Shown piece by piece: positions 32,771 through 41,564 of a stretch of DNA of 58,657 nt; positions within the stretch are counted from its first letter, which is position 1; every line of letters starts with the position of its first letter. The position numbers and the translations under genes are program-made. The notes under the pieces are model-generated. The model did not search any database and was not told the origin of the DNA. It saw only the letters and a list, made by a program, of their open reading frames with translations. The stretch spans positions 236,252 to 294,908 of the forward strand of contig CAZULS010000002.1 in the NCBI GenBank assembly GCA_964621395.1, read 5' to 3'. Source of the stretch: an uncultured Candidatus Saccharibacteria bacterium (GTDB taxonomy: Bacteria; Patescibacteriota; Minisyncoccia; Phycocordibacterales; JACNGX01).

Positions 32771-34942
32771 ATGAAATTAGTCATTGTTGAATCACCGGCG
32801 AAAGCCAAAACAATTGAGAAATATCTCGGTAAGGATTACACCGTGCGTGCCAGTGTTGGCCATGTGCGCGACCTTCCCAAGAGCAACAAAAAAGCCATTG
32901 ATATTCCGGCTGGTTTTGTGCCGCATTATGAAAATCTTCCCGGGAAAGAAAAGGTGATCAAGGAAATCAAGACACTTGCAAAGAAAGCCAACGATGTCAT
33001 TCTTGCAACCGACCCCGACCGTGAAGGTGAGGCTATTGCTCATCATGTGGCAGCAGTGCTTGAACTAAAAAAACCAAAACGTATTGCTTTCAATGAAATC
33101 ACCAAAGATGCAGTACAAGAAGCCATTGAACATCCTCGCGCTATTGATAAGACACTTGTTTCCGCTCAGGAAGCACGTCGTGTGCTCGACCGACTCTTCG
33201 GCTATGATCTCTCCGGCCTCATCTGGAAGAAAGTGCGCTACGGACTCTCCGCCGGTCGTGTGCAATCTCCGGCACTTCGTATTTTGATGGAACGCGAACG
33301 TGAGATCCGTGCATTCATTCCGGAAACCTACTACACACTCACACTCGACACCACTCACTCCAAGAGTAAGAGTGATATCGTCTTCACCTGTCCGGAAGAG
33401 CCAGAGAGCGCGGCGCGCGCGGAAGAGATTGTGGAGAAGGGAAAAGCATCGTCTTGGGCTATTGGCGAGGTAAAAGAATCGAGTCAAAAGCGCGCGCCGC
33501 GTCCGCCGTTTACCACATCAACCCTGCAACAAACAGCAAGTACTCGTCTTGGCTTCCCTCCTTCAAAGACAATGAGCGTCGCTCAAAAGCTCTACGAAGC
33601 CGGCTACATCACCTATATGCGCACCGACAGCACCACCCTTTCCAAAGAAGCAATGGGAGGCATTGCATCTCACGTATCGAAAACATATGGCAAAGAAAAA
33701 CTCGCTCCACGCACCTATGCAAAGAAAGCAAAGAATGCTCAGGAAGCACATGAGGCAATCCGCCCGAGTAATTTTGGATTAAAAACCGCCGGTTCTTCCC
33801 CCGATCAAAAGAAGCTTTACGAGCTCATCTTTGCACGTGCCGTCGCCTCACAGATGATTGATGCAACTATGCAGAAAACCCGTGTCTCTGCCAAAGCAAG
33901 CGATGAGAGCGTGCCTGATTTTATTGCCAATGGTTCACGCGTGGTTTCTCCCGGATGGCTTCTTGCCGAGCCGGCGGCGCGCGGTGAAGATACTGAGCTT
34001 CCGAAATGCGAAGAGGGAGACGCGCTCAAGATGAATGCTCTTGAATCAGAAGAAAAGCAAACCCAGCCACCCGGACGCTACACCGAGGCCGGTCTTGTGA
34101 AAGAGCTTGAGAAGCGCGGTATCGGCCGTCCGTCGACATACGCTGCCATTATCAAGACACTCGTCGATCGTGGGTATGTGGAGCGCGAAAAGCGCACACT
34201 TTTCCCCACCGATACCGGCGACGTGGTGAGCTCTTTCCTCGAGGAACACTTCACCCATTATATTAGCGACGACTTCACCGCACATATGGAAGACGAGCTC
34301 GACGATATTGCCGGAGGAAGCCGTACCTATAAAGGAACGCTCGAGGAATTCTACGGGCCGTTTACCGATGCCGTGGAAGCTAAGGGCGATATCCCGAAGC
34401 TTACCACTTTGGGTGACGCTGATCCGAAATATACATGTCCGGAATGTGGAAGCGGTATGGTGATTAAGCTCGGCAAAACCGGCATCTTTCTTTCATGTGA
34501 AAAATTCCCTGGGTGTACCGGTGCACGCACGAAAGACGGCGACGCGATGGAAGGCCCCAAACCGATTGGCAAGAAGTGCCCGAAGTGTGAAGGAGAACTC
34601 ATAGAACGCACCGGGCGTTTCGGCACCTTTATTGCCTGCAGCAATTATCCGAAATGTAAGTATGTGGAATCTGATCCGGAAGAAGAAGCACGCAAGGATA
34701 CCGGCGTGAAGTGTCCGAAATGTGACAAGGGAAATATTATCGAGCGTCGCGGTCGCTTCGGTCCTTTCTTTGGATGTTCCAATTATCCTGACTGTAAGTA
34801 TGCGATGAAGGCACGCCCAACGGGCGCAAAATGCCCGATGTGCGGCGAACTCATGATGGAAGGCACCAAGACTATTCCCGAGCGCTGTTCGGATAAATCA
34901 TGTCCGAATCATAATCCGCATAAGCTAAAGCCAGGAGATTAG
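32771..34942 (+). CDS. topA: DNA topoisomerase I with C-terminal zinc ribbons
   Basis: Toprim start MKLVIVESPAKAKTIEKYLG and four CxxC..CxxC fingers. The track ORF start at 32579 lies inside repeat R200-A. Confidence 0.96.
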   Translation: MKLVIVESPAKAKTIEKYLGKDYTVRASVGHVRDLPKSNKKAIDIPAGFVPHYENLPGKEKVIKEIKTLAKKANDVILATDPDREGEAIAHHVAAVLELKKPKRIAFNEITKDAVQEAIEHPRAIDKTLVSAQEARRVLDRLFGYDLSGLIWKKVRYGLSAGRVQSPALRILMEREREIRAFIPETYYTLTLDTTHSKSKSDIVFTCPEEPESAARAEEIVEKGKASSWAIGEVKESSQKRAPRPPFTTSTLQQTASTRLGFPPSKTMSVAQKLYEAGYITYMRTDSTTLSKEAMGGIASHVSKTYGKEKLAPRTYAKKAKNAQEAHEAIRPSNFGLKTAGSSPDQKKLYELIFARAVASQMIDATMQKTRVSAKASDESVPDFIANGSRVVSPGWLLAEPAARGEDTELPKCEEGDALKMNALESEEKQTQPPGRYTEAGLVKELEKRGIGRPSTYAAIIKTLVDRGYVEREKRTLFPTDTGDVVSSFLEEHFTHYISDDFTAHMEDELDDIAGGSRTYKGTLEEFYGPFTDAVEAKGDIPKLTTLGDADPKYTCPECGSGMVIKLGKTGIFLSCEKFPGCTGARTKDGDAMEGPKPIGKKCPKCEGELIERTGRFGTFIACSNYPKCKYVESDPEEEARKDTGVKCPKCDKGNIIERRGRFGPFFGCSNYPDCKYAMKARPTGAKCPMCGELMMEGTKTIPERCSDKSCPNHNPHKLKPGD

Positions 34943-35022
34943 TAAATTAGTATGTTAGGAGGTTAGTAAAAAAACGACAAACTATAAACGATGAACGATA
35001 AAACCGCGGGATATTCCTTTCC

Positions 35023-35128
35023 ACTGTCACCAAGCACCAAACTTACGACTGAGATAGCGTGGAGAACGTTAAGAAACAACATCGCTGAGGATGACATGCC
35101 AGATTTCCAAACACATAGGTTTGGTGCT
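35023..35128 (+). repeat. M140 module, copy c (lacks its P52 partner)
   Basis: CTGTCACCAAGCACCAAACTTACG..CATAGGTTTGGTGCTCGG. Confidence 0.75.
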
Positions 35129-35203
35129 CGGTCTTGCTAGAATTGGCAAAAAAGAAATAGCGGTCAAAAGCGGCGCAGTCCTAAAGGACTGCGCCGCCTT
35201 TGC

Positions 35204-35232
35204 TTGACAATATATTATATATGTGTATATTG
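35204..35232 (+). promoter_or_regulatory. sigma70-like promoter candidate
   Basis: TTGACA, a 16-17-nt spacer, then TATATT. Confidence 0.4.
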
Positions 35233-35275
35233 GTATTAGTACGTTGTCTACTTCGTAAACTAAATACACAGAGCC

Positions 35276-35722
35276 ATGTTAGAAGAAAAATCTGCAAGAA
35301 AAATCACCTTCTCAAATCTATTGGATGAAGAATTCGAATATTTGAGAAGTACGCCTGTAATAATCCATTCTAATCTCTCTAAAGACAATCTGGAAGAAAT
35401 GCTCAGAGGGATTTTAAAAAACATTGATTATTTGCACTGGCTTTTAAAAACCATTAGATCAATGGGCGCAAAACCAAGCATTGAACTTATCGGTTGCGAT
35501 TCGATGGGTGAGAAACGCCAATTCGACATCTTGGCAACATTTCAACGAAAAGGTTATGCTCGTATAAGCTTCGAAGGCGGCTTTTCCAGGGAAAACATGG
35601 ATCGACTAAATATCTGGAGGTTCGTGAAAGGAAAGGAAGAGCATGTAAAACATTTCAGCCAATTCTATGTTGGGGAACTTGAAATGCATGCTAAATGGTA
35701 TCTCGGAATACCAAAAGGGTAA
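35276..35722 (+). CDS. hypothetical protein
   Basis: 148-aa ORF with its own promoter-like and terminator motifs, flanked by halves of the M140/P52 composite. Confidence 0.55.
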   Translation: MLEEKSARKITFSNLLDEEFEYLRSTPVIIHSNLSKDNLEEMLRGILKNIDYLHWLLKTIRSMGAKPSIELIGCDSMGEKRQFDILATFQRKGYARISFEGGFSRENMDRLNIWRFVKGKEEHVKHFSQFYVGELEMHAKWYLGIPKG

Positions 35723-35734
35723 ACCCTGATTTAC

Positions 35735-35760
35735 AAACCGGCAGGAATGCCGGTTTTTTT
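35735..35760 (+). terminator. rho-independent terminator candidate
   Basis: AAACCGGCAGGAATGCCGGTTTTTTT. Confidence 0.65.
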
Positions 35761-35772
35761 GTGTTTGATATG

Positions 35773-35909
35773 GGTAACGTTGGGACAACGTTGTTCCAAC
35801 GTTGGGTGTTTCAAAAAGTGGATTACGGACAAAACCAAAGACTATCTTTGGTATGTATACCAAAGATAGTCTTTGGTTTTGAAAGATCCTGAATCAAGTT
35901 CAGGATGAC
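35773..35909. repeat. N35 module + P52 copy 4 (35830-35881) + GTCAT hairpin (35885-35909, rc)
   Basis: GGTAACGTTGGGACAACGTTGTTCCAACGTTGGG, then ..GTGGATTACGGA plus P52, then the rc of GTCATCCTGAACTTGATTCAGGATC. Confidence 0.8.
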
Positions 35910-36055
35910 AGATTATTATTTTTCGCAGGCGCGGCGAAGCCGCGCCTGACTAACAACTACCAACTAAAAACTAAAAACTTGTCTGTATAAGTCGAACACG
36001 TTAAATCCTCTCGATACTCGCAACTCGAAACTTCTTTTGGTATACTACCCTTACT

Positions 36056-37558
36056 ATGGTCGCTCAGAAACCCATCGACAATCCGAAGCCTACCCATCCG
36101 AGTTTGAAGGATGTTATTGCACTTATGGGTGAATCGCCTAAGGCGGATATTGAGTTGGTTACCAAAGCCTATGAGACGGCAAAGAGGGCGCACGAAGGAG
36201 TGAAGCGTTTTTCCGGAGAGCCGTATTTCAATCATGTGTATGAGACGGGAAAGACGCTTGCCTCCATGCACATGGACGCCACGACCATTGCCGCCGGCTT
36301 CTTGCACGACACAATAGAAGACGGACACTTCACCGACGCGGAAATGAAGAAGGAATTTGGCGATGAAATTGCCTTTCTTGTCGAAGGTGTCACCAAGCTT
36401 GGAAAGCTCAAGTACCGCGGTATGGAACGACACACCGAAAGTCTCCGCAAACTTTTCGTCGCAACGGCAAAAGACATCCGTGTCATCATGATTCGTTTGG
36501 CTGATCGACTCCATAACGTGAAGACACTGCACGGGCATCCGAAGCCGGAAAAACGAAAGCGTATCGCTCTTGAAACACTCGAAATCTATGCTCCGCTTGC
36601 CGATCGCTTGGGTATCGGTTTTCTCAAAGGTGAACTTGAAGACTATTCATTCAAATATGCGTATCCGGAAGAATACGAAAAAGTGCACGAACTCTTGAAA
36701 CAAAAAAGTAAAACCGATCAAACATATCTGGAGAAGGTGCGTCGCTCTTTGGTAAAGAAACTTGCTGAAGAAGGTATCGAGGTGGAAAAAATGGACTACC
36801 GCATCAAGCGCATGTATAGCTTATACCGCAAGCTTAAGCGCAAGAATATGGAAATCGATAAGGTGTATGACATCGTGGCGCTGCGTGTGATTGTACCAAC
36901 AGTTGCCGATTGTTATCGTGTGCTCGGTGTGATCCATCATACCTGGCGTCCGCTTCCCGGGCGTATTCGCGACTATATCGCACTTCCCAAGCTCAATGGA
37001 TACCAGAGTATTCATACGACCATCTTTACCGGCGACGGCGGTATTGCCGAAATTCAAATGCGTACACCGGAAATGCACAGAGAGGCGGAGTATGGTATCG
37101 CATCGCATGTTATGTATAAAGAACGTGGCGCTTCATTACCGAAATCAGCCGATAAACATACTCAGTGGATTGACGAACTTCTTGAGGCGCAGAAAGAAGC
37201 GGCTAAATCGGGACAATTCCTGGAACACTTGAAAGACGACTTATTTAACGACCGCGTGTTTGTCTTCACTCCAGACGGCGACGTGATCGACTTGCCGACG
37301 GATTCTTCACCGATTGATTTTGCTTTTGCCGTACATACCGATCTTGGTATGAAAATGTCCGGAGCGAAGATCAATAGTAAGATGTCGGGGCTTCACACGC
37401 CGCTCAAAAACGGCGATATCGTAGAAATCATTACCAATAAAAACGGTAAACCATCGGCAAAGTGGCTCAGGCACGCAAAGACATCGCTCGCTCAGCGCCG
37501 CATTCGCTCCTATCTCCAAAAACACGGCAATCCGATTACGAATTTGTTTAAGATGTAG
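36056..37558 (+). CDS. relA: bifunctional (p)ppGpp synthetase/hydrolase, short (HD + synthetase + TGS)
   Basis: The HD motif HDTIEDG, the RelA/SpoT synthetase core (YRIKRMYSLYRKL, NGYQSIHT) and a TGS-like C-terminus. Confidence 0.9.
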   Translation: MVAQKPIDNPKPTHPSLKDVIALMGESPKADIELVTKAYETAKRAHEGVKRFSGEPYFNHVYETGKTLASMHMDATTIAAGFLHDTIEDGHFTDAEMKKEFGDEIAFLVEGVTKLGKLKYRGMERHTESLRKLFVATAKDIRVIMIRLADRLHNVKTLHGHPKPEKRKRIALETLEIYAPLADRLGIGFLKGELEDYSFKYAYPEEYEKVHELLKQKSKTDQTYLEKVRRSLVKKLAEEGIEVEKMDYRIKRMYSLYRKLKRKNMEIDKVYDIVALRVIVPTVADCYRVLGVIHHTWRPLPGRIRDYIALPKLNGYQSIHTTIFTGDGGIAEIQMRTPEMHREAEYGIASHVMYKERGASLPKSADKHTQWIDELLEAQKEAAKSGQFLEHLKDDLFNDRVFVFTPDGDVIDLPTDSSPIDFAFAVHTDLGMKMSGAKINSKMSGLHTPLKNGDIVEIITNKNGKPSAKWLRHAKTSLAQRRIRSYLQKHGNPITNLFKM

Positions 37559-37597
37559 AAAAAGAGAATAAAGAATAACGAGTTACGAATTAAGAAG

Positions 37598-37680
37598 AAT
37601 CAAATGCGGAGCTCGCGCTCCGCATTTGATTTACACAAACACGAAAACAAGCAACGGAGCGTGGCTCCGTTGCTTGTTTT
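37598..37680. terminator. two convergent terminator hairpins (relA, parB)
   Basis: AATCAAATGCGGAGC..GCTCCGCATTTGATT and AAAACAAGCAACGGAGC..GCTCCGTTGCTTGTTTT. Confidence 0.6.
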
Positions 37681-37718
37681 ATTTTTTATTCGTAATTCAT
37701 AATTCTTAATTCTCGATT

Positions 37719-38867
37719 CTAGACGGAGAAATTATGAATCGAATACAAATCTTCTTCGTCATTCTTTTCCTGCTCTTCTTTGGGTGCGTATTCCTCTTCA
37801 GGCGACATCTCATGTGACTGCATCGTTTCTTCTTTCGTACGGTCATCGACAGGCACTTCTTCCGTTTCTTCCGATACGGTCGCAACAACATTCCCGGTAA
37901 GCGCTTCGGGAGCTTCAGGAATCGTCTCTTCCATTTCCTCTTTCACTTCCGGCGCCTCTTCGGTGGATTGCACATCGCTCCCCACTGCGCCGGCAGTGGC
38001 CATGCGCGCAAGTGGTACATGACCATTGCGGTTACCGTCACTTTCCTTTTTAAGGGCAGTGAGGATGAAGCGAATGTCGTCGTTGGAGAAGAAATCGATG
38101 GTGATTTTGCCGCCCACATCTTTGCGGTCAATACGCACACGAGTCCCGAGTGCTTCTGTAAGCTTCTCTTCCATTTCTACCATTTCCGGATCAAGTGTGT
38201 GTTTACGCACACGGTCGTAGGCAATGCGACGCGCAACACCTTCCGCCTCACGCACCGACATCTTCTTAAAAGTAATTTCTTTAAAAAGCGTCACCTGCTC
38301 CTCAGGGCGGTCATCAAGCATGAGAAGCGGGCGTGTATGTCCTTCGCTGATTTTTCCTTCTGAAAGAGCGCCGAGAATCTCTTCCGGAAGTGCAAGCAAA
38401 CGCATGGTATTGGAAACATACACGCGACTCTTCCCCACTTTCTTCGCAATATCGTTGTGCTTAAAACCGAATTCATCAGCCAACTTCTTAAACGCCACCG
38501 CACGATCCACCGGATTCAAATCTTCACGCTGGAGATTTTCAATAATCGCCAATTCAAGCTTCATGCGACTGTCATCTTCCATCGCGCGAATCACTGCCGG
38601 CACCTGGATGAGACCTGCGATTTTTGACGCACGGAGACGGCGCTCTCCGGCAATAAGCTCATAATCCACACCAATACCACCGTCTTCTTTTTCGAATTCA
38701 CGACGCGTCACCACAAGCGGCTGAAGAACGCCATACATGCGAATGGAATCGGCGAGTTCGCGAAGCGCCCCCTCGTCAAACTCCTTCCGCGGCTGATATG
38801 GATTTGGCTTAATCTTATCAACCTCAATATGAAAAATAGCGTTTTCAAAATATGATGCGTTGGACAT
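37719..38867 (-). CDS. parB: ParB/Spo0J partition protein with acidic C-terminal extension
   Basis: IKPNPYQPRKEF, LIAGERRLRASK, and an HTH region. The start was set at MSNASYFEN (38867). The track ORF extension to 38918 lies in repeat R185. Confidence 0.88.
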   Translation of the reverse strand: MSNASYFENAIFHIEVDKIKPNPYQPRKEFDEGALRELADSIRMYGVLQPLVVTRREFEKEDGGIGVDYELIAGERRLRASKIAGLIQVPAVIRAMEDDSRMKLELAIIENLQREDLNPVDRAVAFKKLADEFGFKHNDIAKKVGKSRVYVSNTMRLLALPEEILGALSEGKISEGHTRPLLMLDDRPEEQVTLFKEITFKKMSVREAEGVARRIAYDRVRKHTLDPEMVEMEEKLTEALGTRVRIDRKDVGGKITIDFFSNDDIRFILTALKKESDGNRNGHVPLARMATAGAVGSDVQSTEEAPEVKEEMEETIPEAPEALTGNVVATVSEETEEVPVDDRTKEETMQSHEMSPEEEYAPKEEQEKNDEEDLYSIHNFSV

Positions 38868-38878
38868 GGTAGGCGGGA

Positions 38879-39060
38879 AGAGCCTGTTCATAATCTCATG
38901 CCGTGCGTAATGCATCATATACCGAGCGAAAGTCGTGAAAAGTGTCGATGGAGTACTATCGTACTTCGAGACGCTTTGAGCGATTTGCAGCCGGTATATG
39001 ATGCATTAAGCCGGCAAGTATTTATTCTTCTTTTTTACGTTGAGATTATGAACAGGCTCT
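38879..39060 (+). mobile_element. R185 TIR element, copy 2, 12 nt upstream of the parB start
   Basis: Same 20-bp TIRs and interior (CATCATATACCG..CGGTATATGATG) as 24705-24891. Confidence 0.8.
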
Positions 39061-39238
39061 TAGATAGTGAAAGGCAGTGTGTAATGGAGGAATTATAGCA
39101 TAGATTTTTCGGAGACGTATATAACGAAGTTTTTAGTCATTAGTTGTTAGTTTTTAGCACGCGTGCTCACGCACGCTTAACACAAAACGAACAGTCCGCC
39201 AAAGTTAAGCTTTGGCGGACTACTTTACCTATATACCT

Positions 39239-39306
39239 GTCATCCCGCACTCCGTGCCGAGCACTTTTTTCGCTTTGGCGAAAATGGTGCTTGGTGATGC
39301 GGGATC
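39239..39306 (+). repeat. R68: GTCAT hairpin with ~45-nt insert
   Basis: GTCATCCCGCAC..GAGCACTTTTTTCGCTTTGGCGAAAATGGTGCTTGGTGATGCGGGATC. Other copies at 52404 (rc) and 56377. Confidence 0.75.
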
Positions 39307-39390
39307 TCGAGAGAGTTGTTTCGGAAAGTTGGCTACGGACAGTGGGGGGGAATTGATTTCAGCACTTATTTACAGTATCATGTCCCCTAT

Positions 39391-39472
39391 GCCGGGGTGG
39401 CGAAATTGGTAGACGCGCACGACTCAAAATCGTGTTCCTTACGGAGTGGGAGTTCGATTCTCCCTCCCGGCA
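39391..39472 (+). tRNA. tRNA-Leu (anticodon CAA)
   Basis: Acceptor GCCGGGG/TCCCGGC, anticodon loop CTCAAAA, long variable arm, T-arm GGGAG-TTCGATT-CTCCC. There is no TLE downstream. Confidence 0.9.
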
Positions 39473-39486
39473 CATAAACACATCTT

Positions 39487-39948
39487 ATGCAGATACGAAA
39501 AGCAACACGGAATGACCTTGAAGGCATTGTACGCCTCTCAGAGGAGATGCTTGATTTCCACTGCTCTCTTGATCCCTATTACGGTATTTATCGAGCCCAC
39601 GAAGACAGTAGTGAATTTTACAAAGGAGAGCTGCAAAAGAAAGATAGATTATATCTTGTAGCTGAAAATGGAAATGGGGGCATTGTTGGTTTTGCATCCG
39701 CCTCAATCACATCTATACCTGATACTAACGCTCCATCTATTGGAATATTGATTACCAATTTTGTATCAAAACCATACCGCGGAAAGGGTATTGGTACTGC
39801 ATTCCATGAAAAGCGCATGGCGTGGTTCAAAGAACAGAATGTAAAGCACGTAGAAATGAATGTTGATGCGCGAAACGTAAAAGCTCTGGAGATTTGGAAG
39901 AAAATAGGTTTTAAGGAATATCAGATCAAGTTGAAAAAAGATTTATGA
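39487..39948 (+). CDS. GNAT-family N-acetyltransferase
   Basis: VSKPYRGKGIGTAF is an acetyl-CoA-binding motif. Confidence 0.85.
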   Translation: MQIRKATRNDLEGIVRLSEEMLDFHCSLDPYYGIYRAHEDSSEFYKGELQKKDRLYLVAENGNGGIVGFASASITSIPDTNAPSIGILITNFVSKPYRGKGIGTAFHEKRMAWFKEQNVKHVEMNVDARNVKALEIWKKIGFKEYQIKLKKDL

Positions 39949-40490
39949 TTAACAGACAACAGCTAGACGAAATCATTATGAGAAACACCGACGCGTGGTG
40001 GAAGCCCAACTTGTTTGTGAAGAAAACACTTTCTCTTCTCCCGAAAGAAATTGAGGTCTTGAAATATCCACCATCTTCAGAAAAAAATTATAATTGTTTC
40101 ATTTACGCATTTAGTCTTTCGCAAAACACTGCTTTTATTGAGAAAACGAATGGTTTTATCTATGACACTCTCGTGCTCAAACTTATTGCAGATGGACACC
40201 TCCTCATCACTGAAGAGCCGGAAGATGGTGACTATATCGTATATCAAGATAAGGAAAGCAATCCCCAATATCTTACCCATATAGGAGTTATTGAGGGAGA
40301 AAAAATCGTATCGAAGTGGGCATGGGGTCCTCTTATACGGCATTCTGTTTGGAGTGTCCCTCAATCGTACGGGAATCACATTTTCTATCTTAAGAAAGTG
40401 ACTTCAGATTATTTTCTAGAGCTTTTTAAGAAATACCAGAAATATAACGTAAAACAAGAGGAACCCAATAAGAAAAACACGGGCGCGTAG
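39945..40490 (+). CDS. hypothetical protein (possible Cys/His papain-like fold)
   Basis: 181-aa ORF overlapping the GNAT stop by 4 nt. The NCFIYAF and THIGVI motifs are only suggestive. Confidence 0.45.
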   Translation: MINRQQLDEIIMRNTDAWWKPNLFVKKTLSLLPKEIEVLKYPPSSEKNYNCFIYAFSLSQNTAFIEKTNGFIYDTLVLKLIADGHLLITEEPEDGDYIVYQDKESNPQYLTHIGVIEGEKIVSKWAWGPLIRHSVWSVPQSYGNHIFYLKKVTSDYFLELFKKYQKYNVKQEEPNKKNTGA

Positions 40491-40529
40491 CGCCCGTGTT
40501 TTTCTTTTTTCTTATTTCAAAAAATTATT

Positions 40530-40613
40530 GTCATCCCGCACTTGATGCGGGATCCAGAGCAAGACAAACTCATGAGACAAATCTCTAGATTCCGGCTCAG
40601 AGGCCGGAATGAC
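40530..40613. repeat. convergent doublet of GTCAT hairpins
   Basis: GTCATCCCGCACTTGATGCGGGATC and, on the rc strand, GTCATTCCGGCCTCTGAGCCGGAATC. Confidence 0.8.
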
Positions 40614-40630
40614 AACTTATTTTTTACTGT

Positions 40631-40659
40631 GCCCGAGCACGACTCGTCGTACTTTAGGG
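40631..40659 (+). repeat. S-hairpin repeat
   Basis: GCCCGAGCACGACTCGTCGTACTTTAGGG. Confidence 0.65.
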
Positions 40660-40695
40660 TCGTTTATCGTTTTCTTTTTTATCGTTTATCGTTTT

Positions 40696-41301
40696 TTATA
40701 TCTTCCCCACCAAATCCAACCCCGGCTCAAGCGTGTCGTCTCCCGGGTTCCAGCTTGCCGGACATACCTTACCTTCGTGTTCGGCGACAAACTTTGCCGC
40801 GCGTACTTTTCGCAAGAGTTCTTTTGCACTGCGACCGATGGAATTGTCGTTTATCTCCGTTCCCACGATCTTCCCTTCCGGATTCACAATGAATGTACCG
40901 CGGAGCGTGACACCTTCGTCGGGCAAGTACACACCGAGTGCACGAGCAAGCTTCCCTGCCGGATCAGCAAGCATCGGATAGGTCACTTTCTTAATTGCCT
41001 CTGAAGCATCATGCCATGCCTTATGCGTGTATACCGTATCGGTGCTCACCGACATCACCTCCACCCCTTCTTTTTGAAATTCTCCATACAATCCCGCGAG
41101 TTCTTCGAGCTCTGTAGGGCACACAAAGGTGAAGTCTGCCGGATAAAAAACAAACACCGCCCACTTCCCCTTCATGTCGTTTGTGCTTATCGTCGTAATC
41201 TTTCCTTCATGATATGCCTCAAGCGTTACATCGGGCACATGGCGACCAACCATTGGCATATCTTCTTCAAACAAAAAATCGTCCATATATGTGTTTTCCA
41301 T
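40696..41301 (-). CDS. 2-Cys peroxiredoxin
   Basis: FYPADFTFVCPTELEEL. The start may be an internal Met (MPMVGRHVP). Confidence 0.92.
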   Translation of the reverse strand: MENTYMDDFLFEEDMPMVGRHVPDVTLEAYHEGKITTISTNDMKGKWAVFVFYPADFTFVCPTELEELAGLYGEFQKEGVEVMSVSTDTVYTHKAWHDASEAIKKVTYPMLADPAGKLARALGVYLPDEGVTLRGTFIVNPEGKIVGTEINDNSIGRSAKELLRKVRAAKFVAEHEGKVCPASWNPGDDTLEPGLDLVGKI

Positions 41302-41328
41302 AGTAGTGTATAATATTGACTAATATAT

Positions 41329-41524
41329 AGAACCCATCTCATATTAAACCGCCTAAGATAATACTTTTTACACTTCGTGTAAGAGCTTGGCAATTCTCGC
41401 ACCACATATTCGGCTGTGCCTTGTCTCTCAACCACACCGCACGAAAGTGCGGCACGGTCTCCGAGACATCGGCTCGCACGAATATGCGGCACGAGAATAA
41501 GCCATTTAATATGAGACGGGTTCT
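41329..41524 (+). mobile_element. R200 TIR element, copy B, between the divergent prx and miaA genes
   Basis: Arms AGAACCCATCTCATATTAAA / TTTAATATGAGACGGGTTCT, with a central CCGCAC-GAAA-GTGCGG hairpin. Confidence 0.8.
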
Positions 41525-41564
41525 AGGTCTCGTACGTTTTGAGACATCGCAAGTATACCACACT

